DNA of 64,000 nucleotides from a virus (IMGVR_UViG_3300021964_000052:1258-65257); one strand, 5' to 3'. Positions 39,155 to 47,731 are shown, counted from the stretch's first letter. Program-made: numbers and translations. Notes: generated from the letters alone by a model not told the origin.

Positions 39155-39189
39155 CTATAAGATAATAAAAATTTACCGGACAAGCAACT
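39155..39189 (-). promoter_or_regulatory. Putative early/host-sigma promoter
   Basis: AGTTG-N20-TATCTTATAG. Confidence 0.7.
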
Positions 39190-39706
39190 ATTTTACTATA
39201 AAGTTTAGTAAATAGTCCTTAACTATGTAGTTTTCACCGGCATCCCATAGTATTTCTACATTAACATTGATAGTATCCCCTACCATCTGAGGAGTTATAG
39301 GGCCAATTAAGCGTTTTCCATATAATTTAGGTGAATCTTTACCGTGTAAGTAGATTCTACCCGGTTGAACTATATAGACATCTTCATATTCTAGCTCTAA
39401 AACGGTTTCACTACTAAAATAAGCTTCAACCACCGGTGTCTCATTATACCACCAATACGGATCTGTCGGATCGGCCTCTACTTCTGCATAAAACCTCGGG
39501 TAATACTGCTGCGTGAAGTCTAATTCTACGTGATAATACCCATTTGCATCTTTCGGATATGGAACTTTAAACGATGCTTCACAATCTCCATTAGAGCAAA
39601 CAGAAGGTTTATCGGGTTGAGAGCAGGCGTATGTAAGAATTATTAAAAAGCCTACGGCCGCCGCGCGAAACGCGCGAAGTTGCCACGAAAATTTTTTACT
39701 TATCAT
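39188..39706 (-). CDS. Putative lipoprotein
   Basis: Signal peptide ending LTYAC; Ig-like mature region. Confidence 0.7.
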   Translation of the reverse strand: MISKKFSWQLRAFRAAAVGFLIILTYACSQPDKPSVCSNGDCEASFKVPYPKDANGYYHVELDFTQQYYPRFYAEVEADPTDPYWWYNETPVVEAYFSSETVLELEYEDVYIVQPGRIYLHGKDSPKLYGKRLIGPITPQMVGDTINVNVEILWDAGENYIVKDYLLNFIVK

Positions 39707-40190
39707 CTTTACCAGTATAACGTTCTCCTAATCTTTCGATTACAGCTTTCGCTTCATCTACAGTCATCCTAAAGAACTCTCTTTTATTATTAACTCTAAA
39801 GGACTCACAGTACCTATGAACTTCTTGTTCTAATTCGATACCATTGTAACAGCCAAAAGCCCAAGCTACCTCGAAGTCTTGTGCGACTCCGGTAGAGGCA
39901 TTTATCTGCTTTACTCTCTTAGATGGAGCATTCTTAGTATAACCTATCTTAACCATTCCAGGTATAGTGGGGTTGGTAAGTACATATACATATTGTTTAG
40001 ACGTATCTGGTGTATAAGTGAGTCTATTTGAACGTGCTGTATAGTAAGTAACGTCTTCCCAACCATCTTCTGCGGTATATCTCTCTGATGTACTGGGAGT
40101 AATAGTGAAGTATTTAACAGGAGAGTCTGTGAAGTCCTCAGTGGCTTTGATTAAACCTTCAGCTTTTTCTTTAGATATTCTTTGTATCAT
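39696..40190 (-). CDS. GIY-YIG / T5orf172-domain protein
   Basis: YVYVLTN...VKIGYT...R..QIN..TGV...LE..VH...REFF. Confidence 0.85.
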   Translation of the reverse strand: MIQRISKEKAEGLIKATEDFTDSPVKYFTITPSTSERYTAEDGWEDVTYYTARSNRLTYTPDTSKQYVYVLTNPTIPGMVKIGYTKNAPSKRVKQINASTGVAQDFEVAWAFGCYNGIELEQEVHRYCESFRVNNKREFFRMTVDEAKAVIERLGERYTGKDDK

Positions 40191-40211
40191 ATATATAACC
40201 TTTATTTATAC

Positions 40212-40245
40212 CTTAATATATGAATATTCTATCAAATATCCAACT
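40212..40245 (-). promoter_or_regulatory. Putative early/host-sigma promoter
   Basis: AGTTG-N20-TATATTAAG. Confidence 0.75.
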
Positions 40246-40666
40246 TATACGGTAGGTTTTCCAATAAAAGTTCTTGATATTCCTTTATAGTAGCACATTT
40301 TTCATAGTATTCTATGCTTTCAAAGTAATATTTTAATGATTCTAAAGAGATAAATACACGGTCACTAGCAAAAGATTCACCGATCTTATACATATCTCCT
40401 AGTTTATCGAGTTTTATTCTAGTGAGATACTTAAATAAATTACTATAGTATTTGTATTTGATAGTACTTTTAACTTGTTTATACTGTTCTGGATATCTTT
40501 TAGTATACATCATATCCATTATATCGTAGTTTTCTAATCCTTTTAATACCATTCCCATTAGTACATAAGGATTATTCAAAGTACCTTCTACCCCGTTTTC
40601 CTTATAAACTTGCTCATCCCCTTGTTCGAAGATTGAGAATAAAGTATTTGGATCCATCTTTTGCAT
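40232..40666 (-). CDS. Hypothetical protein
   Basis: ORF track; C-terminal YFE.IE.YEKCA.IK (UVR-like) motif. Confidence 0.75.
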   Translation of the reverse strand: MQKMDPNTLFSIFEQGDEQVYKENGVEGTLNNPYVLMGMVLKGLENYDIMDMMYTKRYPEQYKQVKSTIKYKYYSNLFKYLTRIKLDKLGDMYKIGESFASDRVFISLESLKYYFESIEYYEKCATIKEYQELLLENLPYKLDI

Positions 40667-40788
40667 ATATCATAAATAGTTCGTATATTATAGTATATGA
40701 CAGAAACACCTATATACGAAAAAATTTGCTAAAAATTTCCCCGGTATTATTAGGTTTTTAAGTAAAAAGTTCATATATTAATTATAAT

Positions 40789-40947
40789 ATGAGAGCTGAA
40801 GATATATTATATGAAGCAGAGAAGCTAGGACAGAGAGAGAAAGTATTACAAAGGGTAAGTGAATTGCGCACTAGAGTACCCAGTATTAGTACTAATGAGG
40901 CATATGATATAGTGTGGAGTACCATAAAAGAAGAGTTAAAGACATAA
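40789..40947 (+). CDS. Small hypothetical protein (52 aa), plus strand
   Basis: Hand-translated MRAEDILYEAEKLGQREKVLQRVSELR...EELKT; promoter-like TTAG-N20-TATATTAA directly upstream. Confidence 0.65.
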   Translation: MRAEDILYEAEKLGQREKVLQRVSELRTRVPSISTNEAYDIVWSTIKEELKT

Positions 40948-41016
40948 AAAGAGAGCCTATAAGGCCATTTACATATAAAAACGTTCATTGACATATTAAG
41001 ATCTATTAAACGCTTC

Positions 41017-41127
41017 ATGGATGAAGGTCATTTCTATTATAAAGATAAAAAGATAGAATATGCATGGGTTGTTGGTATAATAATATATTTTTTCCTTTCA
41101 ATATACATATATACTAACATACTATAA
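41017..41127 (+). CDS. Possible small membrane peptide (36 aa), plus strand
   Basis: MDEGHFYYKDKKIEYAWVVGIIIYFFLSIYIYTNIL. Confidence 0.4.
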   Translation: MDEGHFYYKDKKIEYAWVVGIIIYFFLSIYIYTNIL

Positions 41128-41337
41128 TATATCTATATATATTTATATATAACCTATATCATGAAATCTAGCAGATTTATGCAAACTAGTATGGCAAAAT
41201 CACGCAGGCTACCAACCCGTTAGGGAACTATACTGTCAGTGTTATATCACCGTTATAGCACCATACAGGCAATCGGCCGGCCGGCTTAAAGAGTTTCCGG
41301 AAGGAGATTCAAGACAAACTAATTTCTACTTTAACAA

Positions 41338-41538
41338 CTATATCTTTAACTTACTCGGTATGAGGAAGGATAGAGCAAGTAGGAGGGTAGAAACTACAAT
41401 ACTATATAGGGGGTAGGTGAGTAATAACCATAGAGTATATACCAGCACCTCTACTATATGTACTACTATAAAACCCACAAGGCCTATGACTACAATAGAG
41501 GCCATTATATATAATATATCTTTCTTATTAAGCTTCAT
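41338..41538 (-). CDS. Small membrane protein
   Basis: Two hydrophobic stretches. Confidence 0.6.
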   Translation of the reverse strand: MKLNKKDILYIMASIVVIGLVGFIVVHIVEVLVYTLWLLLTYPLYSIVVSTLLLALSFLIPSKLKI

Positions 41539-41725
41539 ATGTAGATATTATATTGTTATACTGAGATACATTAGTCAATCTATGCTCTTCTTTTAACACT
41601 CCGGCCTTATAATGCCACTCTATACATTGCAATTGGTGTAGGAAGGACATCTTATTTATAACCTTTGAAGGTATAAACTCTGTCATTTGTACGTTTAAAT
41701 CGTTAACTAAGTCTATTGTATTCAT
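41528..41725 (-). CDS. Small hypothetical protein
   Basis: ORF track; first gene after a promoter. Confidence 0.7.
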   Translation of the reverse strand: MNTIDLVNDLNVQMTEFIPSKVINKMSFLHQLQCIEWHYKAGVLKEEHRLTNVSQYNNIISTYEA

Positions 41726-41747
41726 ATCTATAACCGTTTTAATTTAC

Positions 41748-41781
41748 CTTAATATAAGAAGAATATCTCGAATAAGCAACT
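41748..41781 (-). promoter_or_regulatory. Putative early promoter
   Basis: AGTTG-N20-TATATTAAG. Confidence 0.8.
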
Positions 41782-42079
41782 ATTTCACTGGTTATTTTTG
41801 TTTATATAGAGAGTTTTTTGGAAGGGGGACACACACGACTGATGTTCCTTATACATCCTCCACACACCATCCTATCATCATTCTACACAACCTATATAAT
41901 TATATAAGTATATCAATATAGCTTTATATGAATATATAAACACTCGATATTATTAATAGGCTTCAATAGTATTAAGGGTTAGTCTCCTATGGATCTATAT
42001 ATGTAAGCTCTTCTCTACGGTATTATCTATTCAATTTAGTATCTATGTGTAGCCTCAGCCGTACACTACCTCTCAGACA

Positions 42080-42259
42080 TTATTCCATATAATCGGCAGT
42101 ACTACGTAACCCGCTATAGTGGCATAAATTCTTAGGTTGAATAGGGATGGACGGATGAACGTTAGTGAAATCCGCGCGTGACAACTTCGTTGGAGAGAGA
42201 TCAACCCCCCACCCCCTCAATTCTTTCTTGTACTTATTCAATCTTTGTTTATAATTCAT
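42080..42259 (-). CDS. Small hypothetical protein (59 aa, not in ORF track)
   Basis: Hand-translated MNYKQRLNKYKKELRGWG...LCHYSGLRSTADYME; preceded by AAGGTTATG start context. Confidence 0.65.
   Translation of the reverse strand: MNYKQRLNKYKKELRGWGVDLSPTKLSRADFTNVHPSIPIQPKNLCHYSGLRSTADYME
42168..42218. repeat. GC-rich hairpin element, copy A
   Basis: AAATCCGCGCGTGA-CAAC-TTC-GTTG-GAGAGAGA...C-tract. Confidence 0.7.
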
Positions 42260-42286
42260 AACCTTATTTAAAATATTTTATATCTT

Positions 42287-42484
42287 TTAGCCTATAAGCT
42301 GGATTACTCCATATACTATAGAAAATAATACTGTCATAGCTAGTGATGCTGCTATTACTTTCATAGTCTCTGCTTCTTTCTTAGGACTTCTTCCTTGATT
42401 AGATCTATACTGTCGAGGCTTTACTTCACCCCATTCCTTTGTTCTACCTTGTAGAATATTAACTCTTTTACCTTTATTTTTCAT
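42287..42484 (-). CDS. Small protein with C-terminal TM helix
   Basis: RQYRSNQGRSP followed by a hydrophobic helix. Confidence 0.7.
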   Translation of the reverse strand: MKNKGKRVNILQGRTKEWGEVKPRQYRSNQGRSPKKEAETMKVIAASLAMTVLFSIVYGVIQLIG

Positions 42485-42496
42485 ATAACTATATTT

Positions 42497-42556
42497 AAAT
42501 TCGCGCGTGGCGCCTTCGGCGGACGAGAGAGAAACGCCCCCTCGCCCTCCTCGCCA
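42497..42556. repeat. GC-rich hairpin element, copy B (intergenic)
   Basis: AAATTCGCGCGTGG-CGCC-TTC-GGCG-GACGAGAGAGA...C-tract. Confidence 0.7.
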
Positions 42557-42559
42557 TCA

Positions 42560-43069
42560 CTAGAATAATTCTAATTGAACTGCTTGATTATCTTTTCTTT
42601 CAATCTTATAAGCATCCATAACCTTTCTAGTAGGTTCGAATCTATTATTATCCCAATCCAATAACTCTCCATCCTTAACAGTCAAAGCATGCTTGGCAAC
42701 CATCACCATAAATGATCCTTTAGGATGAGATTCCATAAAGCTTTTTAACGTTTTCTTTCTCCAAATCTCTTCTCCTTTAAGCTTATATCTATTTTTGATA
42801 TCAGTTTTACCAAGCTTTGTAATACTAAACTCCTTATTATCAATCTTAAGTCCTTTTCTTTCTGCCTTAGCAAACTTATTAGACATAGTTTGAGAGTTAG
42901 TACCTTTCTTAAATTTTCTACCTAACTCATCTTTACAATACTGATGAGCAGATCTATAACTGATTCCTGTAGCAGAAGCAAGACTTCTTACAACACAATC
43001 ATTACGTTCCGATTTAGCTAGTTCACAATCTGTAGCTGAATAATTTGAATTTACGTTTAAATATCCCAT
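42560..43069 (-). CDS. Hypothetical protein (NDCVVR...HA..V.DG..D, possible Cys-His catalytic pair)
   Basis: ORF track; first gene after a promoter module. Confidence 0.75.
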   Translation of the reverse strand: MGYLNVNSNYSATDCELAKSERNDCVVRSLASATGISYRSAHQYCKDELGRKFKKGTNSQTMSNKFAKAERKGLKIDNKEFSITKLGKTDIKNRYKLKGEEIWRKKTLKSFMESHPKGSFMVMVAKHALTVKDGELLDWDNNRFEPTRKVMDAYKIERKDNQAVQLELF

Positions 43070-43132
43070 AACCTTTATTTTTAATTTTTTAATTATACCT
43101 TAATATATGAATAATATTCCAGAAAAGCAACT
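43070..43132 (-). promoter_or_regulatory. Early promoter + leader module
   Basis: AGTTG-N20-TATATTAAGGTATAATTAAAAAA...AATAAAGGTT-ATG. Confidence 0.85.
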
Positions 43133-43137
43133 ATTTG

Positions 43138-44031
43138 TTATACTCTTTCCCAAGTTAATCCATTGTAGTTAGTAACGAAAGAATCAAGTATATTTTGAAC
43201 TCTTACCTTAGTTAACTTTCTATCATAGATAGTATCTACATAAGCATCAGTATCATTATCCCATCTTCTACCTTTAGTTTTAACTTCTAAGTCAGCAGAC
43301 TTACCTGAATATGACATTCTAGTAATCTTAGCTTCAACGATATTACTTACTCCAAAATCAAATCTTTCTTGAATATAAGCAGTTTTATCATCTAATATCT
43401 TGATACCAGCTTTAAGATCATCGATAATAATATCATTTCTAAAAGCTTTTCTTTGTTCCTGAATATCTCTAATCTCATTATTAACTTTATTAACAGCCTC
43501 CTGAGTCTTGCTGGTAATCTCATTATGATCTTCCCATACTTTATTCATCTCAGCAAGAATATCATCTTTATGATCTTGAATTATCATAGCATACTCACCG
43601 GATAATCTAAGTCTCTCATTATTAAAATCTGAGAAGTAATCAGAAGTAGAGTAGGTACTAATACCCATATCAGTAAATTGAGCTTCTTTAGTATCATTAT
43701 CCCATCTACTATACTCTTGAACTTTAATAGTAGCTACTTCTTTAGTTCTAAAAAACTTCTTAGTAACATAGTCGTCTTTCTCTTCTGACCATACTTCTTT
43801 TTCATACTCATCACCTCTAGCAGTAATCTCCATAGATGTTCCATAAGTAGCTTGAAATCTCATATCTTCTAAGCTAGTTTCAATAGAAGAGAAGTACGAT
43901 TTAAGAACTTCATTTAAAGCTTTAGACTTATTATCACTAGCTTCGTGATTCTTATTTCTTAATTTTTCTAATTTAGCTTCTAGTTTAGACTCTTTAGCTG
44001 CAAGAGTTTCGAAAATTGATTTATTGTTCAT
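43138..44031 (-). CDS. Coiled-coil hypothetical protein
   Basis: ORF track. Confidence 0.8.
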   Translation of the reverse strand: MNNKSIFETLAAKESKLEAKLEKLRNKNHEASDNKSKALNEVLKSYFSSIETSLEDMRFQATYGTSMEITARGDEYEKEVWSEEKDDYVTKKFFRTKEVATIKVQEYSRWDNDTKEAQFTDMGISTYSTSDYFSDFNNERLRLSGEYAMIIQDHKDDILAEMNKVWEDHNEITSKTQEAVNKVNNEIRDIQEQRKAFRNDIIIDDLKAGIKILDDKTAYIQERFDFGVSNIVEAKITRMSYSGKSADLEVKTKGRRWDNDTDAYVDTIYDRKLTKVRVQNILDSFVTNYNGLTWERV

Positions 44032-44093
44032 AACCTTTATTTTATCTTTTTAATTATACTTAAATATAAGAAGAAGATCTCAGACTAGCAACT
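44032..44093 (-). promoter_or_regulatory. Early promoter + leader module
   Basis: AGTTG-N20-TATATTTAAGTATAATTAAAAAGATAAAATAAAGGTT-ATG. Confidence 0.85.
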
Positions 44094-44122
44094 ATTTCCA
44101 TGTTTATTTTTGGAAAAAGTTA

Positions 44123-44350
44123 CTAAAAGGGGAGAGGTATATCTTTTTCACCTTTAGGTATATACTGAGTATTATCCAGTTTTCTATAATTCATAGAAGC
44201 AAAAGGCTGTTCACCTATCTCTTCTATATTAACCGAATCAGTACTTTTAACATTTTCCATAGCTAGTTTAACTTTAGCAGCTTCTTTCTTAGCCATATAA
44301 TCATTTTCAGCATATACATAAGTATCTACTTTTACAACATATCGTTTCAT
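44123..44350 (-). CDS. Small hypothetical protein
   Basis: ORF track; AATAAAGGTTATG start. Confidence 0.75.
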   Translation of the reverse strand: MKRYVVKVDTYVYAENDYMAKKEAAKVKLAMENVKSTDSVNIEEIGEQPFASMNYRKLDNTQYIPKGEKDIPLPF

Positions 44351-44355
44351 AACCT

Positions 44356-44451
44356 TTATTTTAAATTAGTATTATATTCTTTATTGTATTCTTCTACTGT
44401 AACCCATTTATCTATTTCGTTACACCATACCATTCCATCTATAATTTTCAT
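44356..44451 (-). CDS. 31-aa peptide (not in ORF track)
   Basis: MKIIDGMVWCNEIDKWVTVEEYNKEYNTNLK; directly after promoter and AAGGTTATG. Confidence 0.65.
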   Translation of the reverse strand: MKIIDGMVWCNEIDKWVTVEEYNKEYNTNLK

Positions 44452-44470
44452 AACCTTAATTTTAATATAC

Positions 44471-44504
44471 CTAAATATATGAATAATATCTCGGACTAGC
44501 AACT
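44471..44504 (-). promoter_or_regulatory. Putative early promoter
   Basis: AGTTG-N20-TATATTTAG. Confidence 0.8.
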
Positions 44505-44732
44505 TTAATCACATAAAGTTTCATACTTTTTTTCGTATGTTAAATACAATTCTAAGTATAAAGTTTTACAGGTATCAGTTAAGTAAGAGTTCTGATGCTT
44601 GTTTAAGAAGTAATTTAAAAAAGACTTATTATACCTTTTAGCAGCTCTAAGCTGTGGAATATTCTTACAGCTCTCGATAATTTTAATTCCTTTGTTATAA
44701 GCTTCGGTAATGACTGGTTCTCTATTTTTCAT
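44505..44732 (-). CDS. Small hypothetical protein
   Basis: ORF track. Confidence 0.7.
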   Translation of the reverse strand: MKNREPVITEAYNKGIKIIESCKNIPQLRAAKRYNKSFLNYFLNKHQNSYLTDTCKTLYLELYLTYEKKYETLCD

Positions 44733-44922
44733 ATTTCTGTTTATAATGTTTATAAAATTTACTTCCTACTCCTAGTGCCACTATTTCACACCCTTCCGGA
44801 AGTTTAGTTCCTCTTTTAGTAATTAAATTATCAGGGCATCTAATATCTTTGAACTCTTTAACCCAAACTTTAGAACCTGATTTCTTTCTATATGCTACTG
44901 CTATTGGTGTATATTCTCTCAT
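44722..44922 (-). CDS. Small hypothetical protein
   Basis: ORF track. Confidence 0.7.
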   Translation of the reverse strand: MREYTPIAVAYRKKSGSKVWVKEFKDIRCPDNLITKRGTKLPEGCEIVALGVGSKFYKHYKQKYEK

Positions 44923-44926
44923 ATTA

Positions 44927-45049
44927 CTATTCGGTTACAATCTTAACAAATAGATAAACAAATAAACATCCCAACAACAATAAAGGAATCATACATCCTA
45001 TAATACCTGGTGTTATTTTTTCTTCTTCTATCTGTGATTTAGTTTTCAT
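44927..45049 (-). CDS. 40-aa membrane peptide (not in ORF track)
   Basis: MKTKSQIEEEKITPGIIGCMIPLLLLGCLFVYLFVKIVTE. Confidence 0.55.
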   Translation of the reverse strand: MKTKSQIEEEKITPGIIGCMIPLLLLGCLFVYLFVKIVTE

Positions 45050-45072
45050 ATTACTTTTTAATAAATTTCAAA

Positions 45073-45234
45073 CTATAAGTTATATAAAAATACTGTTAAT
45101 GAAATTGGCCATAAAAAGATATGGAAAAACCTTTCTTTAAAAGTCCATTGCATGTTATAAGGATATTCAAGTTCATTAGTACTAAACCACTCTAACCATC
45201 CGGTCCAACAAAGTCCTATTATGATATACCACAT
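45073..45234 (-). CDS. 53-aa membrane protein (not in ORF track)
   Basis: MWYIIIGLCWTGWLEWFST...ERFFHIFLWPISLTVFLYNL. Confidence 0.6.
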   Translation of the reverse strand: MWYIIIGLCWTGWLEWFSTNELEYPYNMQWTFKERFFHIFLWPISLTVFLYNL

Positions 45235-45635
45235 AACTTTTCTACTTCTTTAATATGTTTACATCTTTTATGAGCTATATAACCCCAACAGTCACAACTC
45301 AACTTACCATGTTTATTCTTTTTAACTGTATAAGTTTTATCCGAACTAGCACTCTCAAAAGTCCATTTTTCCGGTTCAACAAATAACTCTTCAAATGGTT
45401 TCTTTTCTACTATGATATCCTCATAAGTAGTTTCAGGATGAACTTCCATCCAAGTAGGGGTATGAATCTTTTTCCCATCCTTGATCATAAAACCTCCTTT
45501 GCCAATATTAGAGTAAGGTACTTTATAAAAAAATCTCTGTACCTGTAAGTAAGAAGGAGGATTAGGAATACTTAACGCTCCTTCCGAGTACATTAAAACT
45601 TTTTTCTTACCGTTATAAACTTCCCAAAGTGCCAT
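45219..45635 (-). CDS. SWIM zinc-finger protein
   Basis: Y.V.....SCDCWGY....CKHI. Confidence 0.8.
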   Translation of the reverse strand: MALWEVYNGKKKVLMYSEGALSIPNPPSYLQVQRFFYKVPYSNIGKGGFMIKDGKKIHTPTWMEVHPETTYEDIIVEKKPFEELFVEPEKWTFESASSDKTYTVKKNKHGKLSCDCWGYIAHKRCKHIKEVEKLCGIS

Positions 45636-45651
45636 AAATTAATTTTTAAAG

Positions 45652-45725
45652 TAGTCCCTGTAGGAGTCGAACCTACAACCTCCTGATTCGTAGTCAGGTG
45701 CTCTATCCAATTGAGCTAAGAGACT
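45652..45725 (-). tRNA. tRNA-Arg(ACG), CCA not encoded
   Basis: AGTCTCT/AGGGACT acceptor, GCTC D-stem, CCTGA-CT-ACG-AA-TCAGG, GTAGG-TTCGACT-CCTAC. Confidence 0.95.
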
Positions 45726-45957
45726 ATAAATTTGTATAAGTTACTACTACTGTTCCTAAATTATCAGAAGGAACATAGTAATCAAAATCATTTTCTGAAC
45801 ATATATCAATAACTATATTTCTCATAGCTTTACTATTTCCAGTAATGACTTCTATATCAAAAGAACCTAAGGCTGAAGCTGAAAGTAAAGTCTCTTCTAC
45901 TTCTTCTTTTGCCATTATATGTGATAACCCATGTAAATCTAAGCTATACATAACCAA
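45724..45957 (-). CDS. Stand-alone Smr-like domain protein
   Basis: LDLHGL...IEVITGNS..M...N.G..VV. Confidence 0.65.
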   Translation of the reverse strand: MVMYSLDLHGLSHIMAKEEVEETLLSASALGSFDIEVITGNSKAMRNIVIDICSENDFDYYVPSDNLGTVVVTYTNL

Positions 45958-46322
45958 TTCTTTTCTTCGTTATTAGCAGCAACCTCATATGGATGGTTAT
46001 CATATCTATACCCCATCTGATAATATCTAGCCATCCATGTAGGAGACTGCAAGTAGTGCTGATATTCGTGAACGATTATTTCAGCTAAATGTTGTTCGTT
46101 TTCTACTTTAGGATAGTAAACTACTATAGAGTTAGTAATCCTATCGTATTCTGCATCAGGCATCTGCTCTCCTTCCATTCCTTCTTCTCCAGATAATCTA
46201 GCATAAATAGATCTTTCGAATTCTAAATATGGAGAACATTCCTTAAATTTACTCAAGCCGTACTTATCTATACAGTTATCTAAATACTTTTGAGCTAATA
46301 CTTTTATCTCTTCTAACTGCAT
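45939..46322 (-). CDS. HExxH metallopeptidase-like protein
   Basis: IVHEYQHYLQ...HPYEVAA. Confidence 0.7.
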   Translation of the reverse strand: MQLEEIKVLAQKYLDNCIDKYGLSKFKECSPYLEFERSIYARLSGEEGMEGEQMPDAEYDRITNSIVVYYPKVENEQHLAEIIVHEYQHYLQSPTWMARYYQMGYRYDNHPYEVAANNEEKNWLCIA

Positions 46323-46323
46323 A

Positions 46324-46539
46324 TTATCTAATTAAACCTTGAATATCGTTAATCCCCATCGTTTTTCTAACCTTATCGTCACCATAAGCTATCATAGTAA
46401 TACCTCCAGTTTCGATAATATACTTATCCATACCTTCATACCTAATTAACTTAGCTAATGATTCTTTTACCTTACCAGAAGGAGTTAATCCTTCCATGTA
46501 GAAAACGTCGTTTACTTTTAAATCTTTAATCTTTGTCAT
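46324..46539 (-). CDS. Small hypothetical protein
   Basis: ORF track; first gene after a promoter module. Confidence 0.75.
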   Translation of the reverse strand: MTKIKDLKVNDVFYMEGLTPSGKVKESLAKLIRYEGMDKYIIETGGITMIAYGDDKVRKTMGINDIQGLIR

Positions 46540-46602
46540 AACCTTTATTTTTATCTTTTTAATTATACCTTAATATAAGAAGAATATCTCGGGGAGGCAA
46601 CT
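46540..46602 (-). promoter_or_regulatory. Early promoter + leader module
   Basis: AGTTG-N20-TATATTAAGGTATAATTAAAAAGATAAAAATAAAGGTT-ATG. Confidence 0.85.
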
Positions 46603-46941
46603 TTAACTTGATAAAAGATGTAATGTCCAAGCTATTATTCCATTAAGCTGTAAAAGAACTAAGTTCCATTGTTTTCTTACTGCTGTCTGTACCATAACAC
46701 ATATAAATCCGCAAATATATAAAGGAGGAGAGATAGTCCATTGTGCTGCTACCAGAAAACCAGCTCCCATATAACCTATTCTAGAAGATAATCTTTCGAT
46801 AGGAGTTAATCTTCTTTCTCTCACCATTAATCTCATAATACCCCTATACCATCTATACTCACATTTACGGCAAGTCTTTTTATACTTTGATTTATAAAAC
46901 CAATCTGGTCGCTTTTCCTTACATACGTTACACTTTCTCAT
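46603..46941 (-). CDS. CxxC..CxxC finger fused to a small membrane domain
   Basis: CNVC...CRKC then hydrophobic helices. Confidence 0.65.
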   Translation of the reverse strand: MRKCNVCKEKRPDWFYKSKYKKTCRKCEYRWYRGIMRLMVRERRLTPIERLSSRIGYMGAGFLVAAQWTISPPLYICGFICVMVQTAVRKQWNLVLLQLNGIIAWTLHLLSS

Positions 46942-46942
46942 C

Positions 46943-47293
46943 TTACTTCCAGAACATTTGTATTGCTAATAATGCAAAGCAAAGTACTAAACTAATAAAA
47001 GTTTTAATATTAATACCTTCTTTAAAAAATATACCTACAAATATAGCATAAACTGCTATACCAATAGCAAAACCTATAAATCTAGCAGGCCATAATAGCC
47101 CGTTAAAAGACTCAACAGTATTCTTAGTAGCCCAAAGGTAAAAAAAAGAAATAAATAATCCACCCGAGGCTACTAAAAGTTCATTTTTTCTAAATGATTC
47201 CCAAAGGAACTGACCGTTTAATTGAAACCAAACGAGTACATGTCCTATTATAAAAAAGAATACACCTAAAAGAAGTTGTTCGGTTTTAGACAT
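46943..47293 (-). CDS. Four-helix membrane protein (DMT/SMR-like)
   Basis: Four hydrophobic segments, F.KE.I loop. Confidence 0.65.
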   Translation of the reverse strand: MSKTEQLLLGVFFFIIGHVLVWFQLNGQFLWESFRKNELLVASGGLFISFFYLWATKNTVESFNGLLWPARFIGFAIGIAVYAIFVGIFFKEGINIKTFISLVLCFALLAIQMFWK

Positions 47294-47478
47294 TAAAATA
47301 AAATTAATTTCTCATCACTATTGATAGCTGAAAATCTTCTAGTTATTAATTTACCTACTGGTCTTTTAGAAACTTTTTCATAAGTATAACCATCTACGAT
47401 TATATGTTGCCCATCTAATACAGTATCAGCAATTCTAGCATTTATTTTTGTAGTATGGACGTAGTATGTATTTTTCAT
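47293..47478 (-). CDS. Small hypothetical protein
   Basis: ORF track. Confidence 0.65.
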   Translation of the reverse strand: MKNTYYVHTTKINARIADTVLDGQHIIVDGYTYEKVSKRPVGKLITRRFSAINSDEKLILF

Positions 47479-47494
47479 ATTTTAATTTTTAATT

Positions 47495-47731
47495 TTATCT
47501 TCTAACTTTATTTAAATTTGATCCCCATCCTATCCTTCTATCCATAGATGAGATAGTTTTAGCGGTTTCAGGATCTTTTATTACTTCTGTTTCTGCATAA
47601 GTAGTCTTTCCGGAAATAATATTTCTAACATACCATCTAGAAGTACTAGAACAATTAACACAAGTCTTAGTACCTGGGAGAGCCTTAACTCTTAATGGGT
47701 TAATTTTCTCCTGACATTTAATACAAATCAT
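47495..47731 (-). CDS. TraR/DksA-type C4 zinc-finger protein
   Basis: CIKCQEKINPLRVKALPGTKTCVNC; start moved to ATG at 47731 because the upstream ORF ends at 47718. Confidence 0.75.
   Translation of the reverse strand: MICIKCQEKINPLRVKALPGTKTCVNCSSTSRWYVRNIISGKTTYAETEVIKDPETAKTISSMDRRIGWGSNLNKVRR

Noticed and set aside
40782-41018. 78-aa minus-strand ORF from the track
   Set aside because: No start context; the plus-strand 40789..40947 ORF with its own promoter explains the region better.
42020-42150. Possible structured ncRNA or ribozyme (CTATTCAA/TTGAATAG long-range pairing, CTGAGAG)
   Set aside because: Half of it overlaps a credible 59-aa gene, and no complete hammerhead, HDV or riboswitch core was found; cannot be supported without covariation data.
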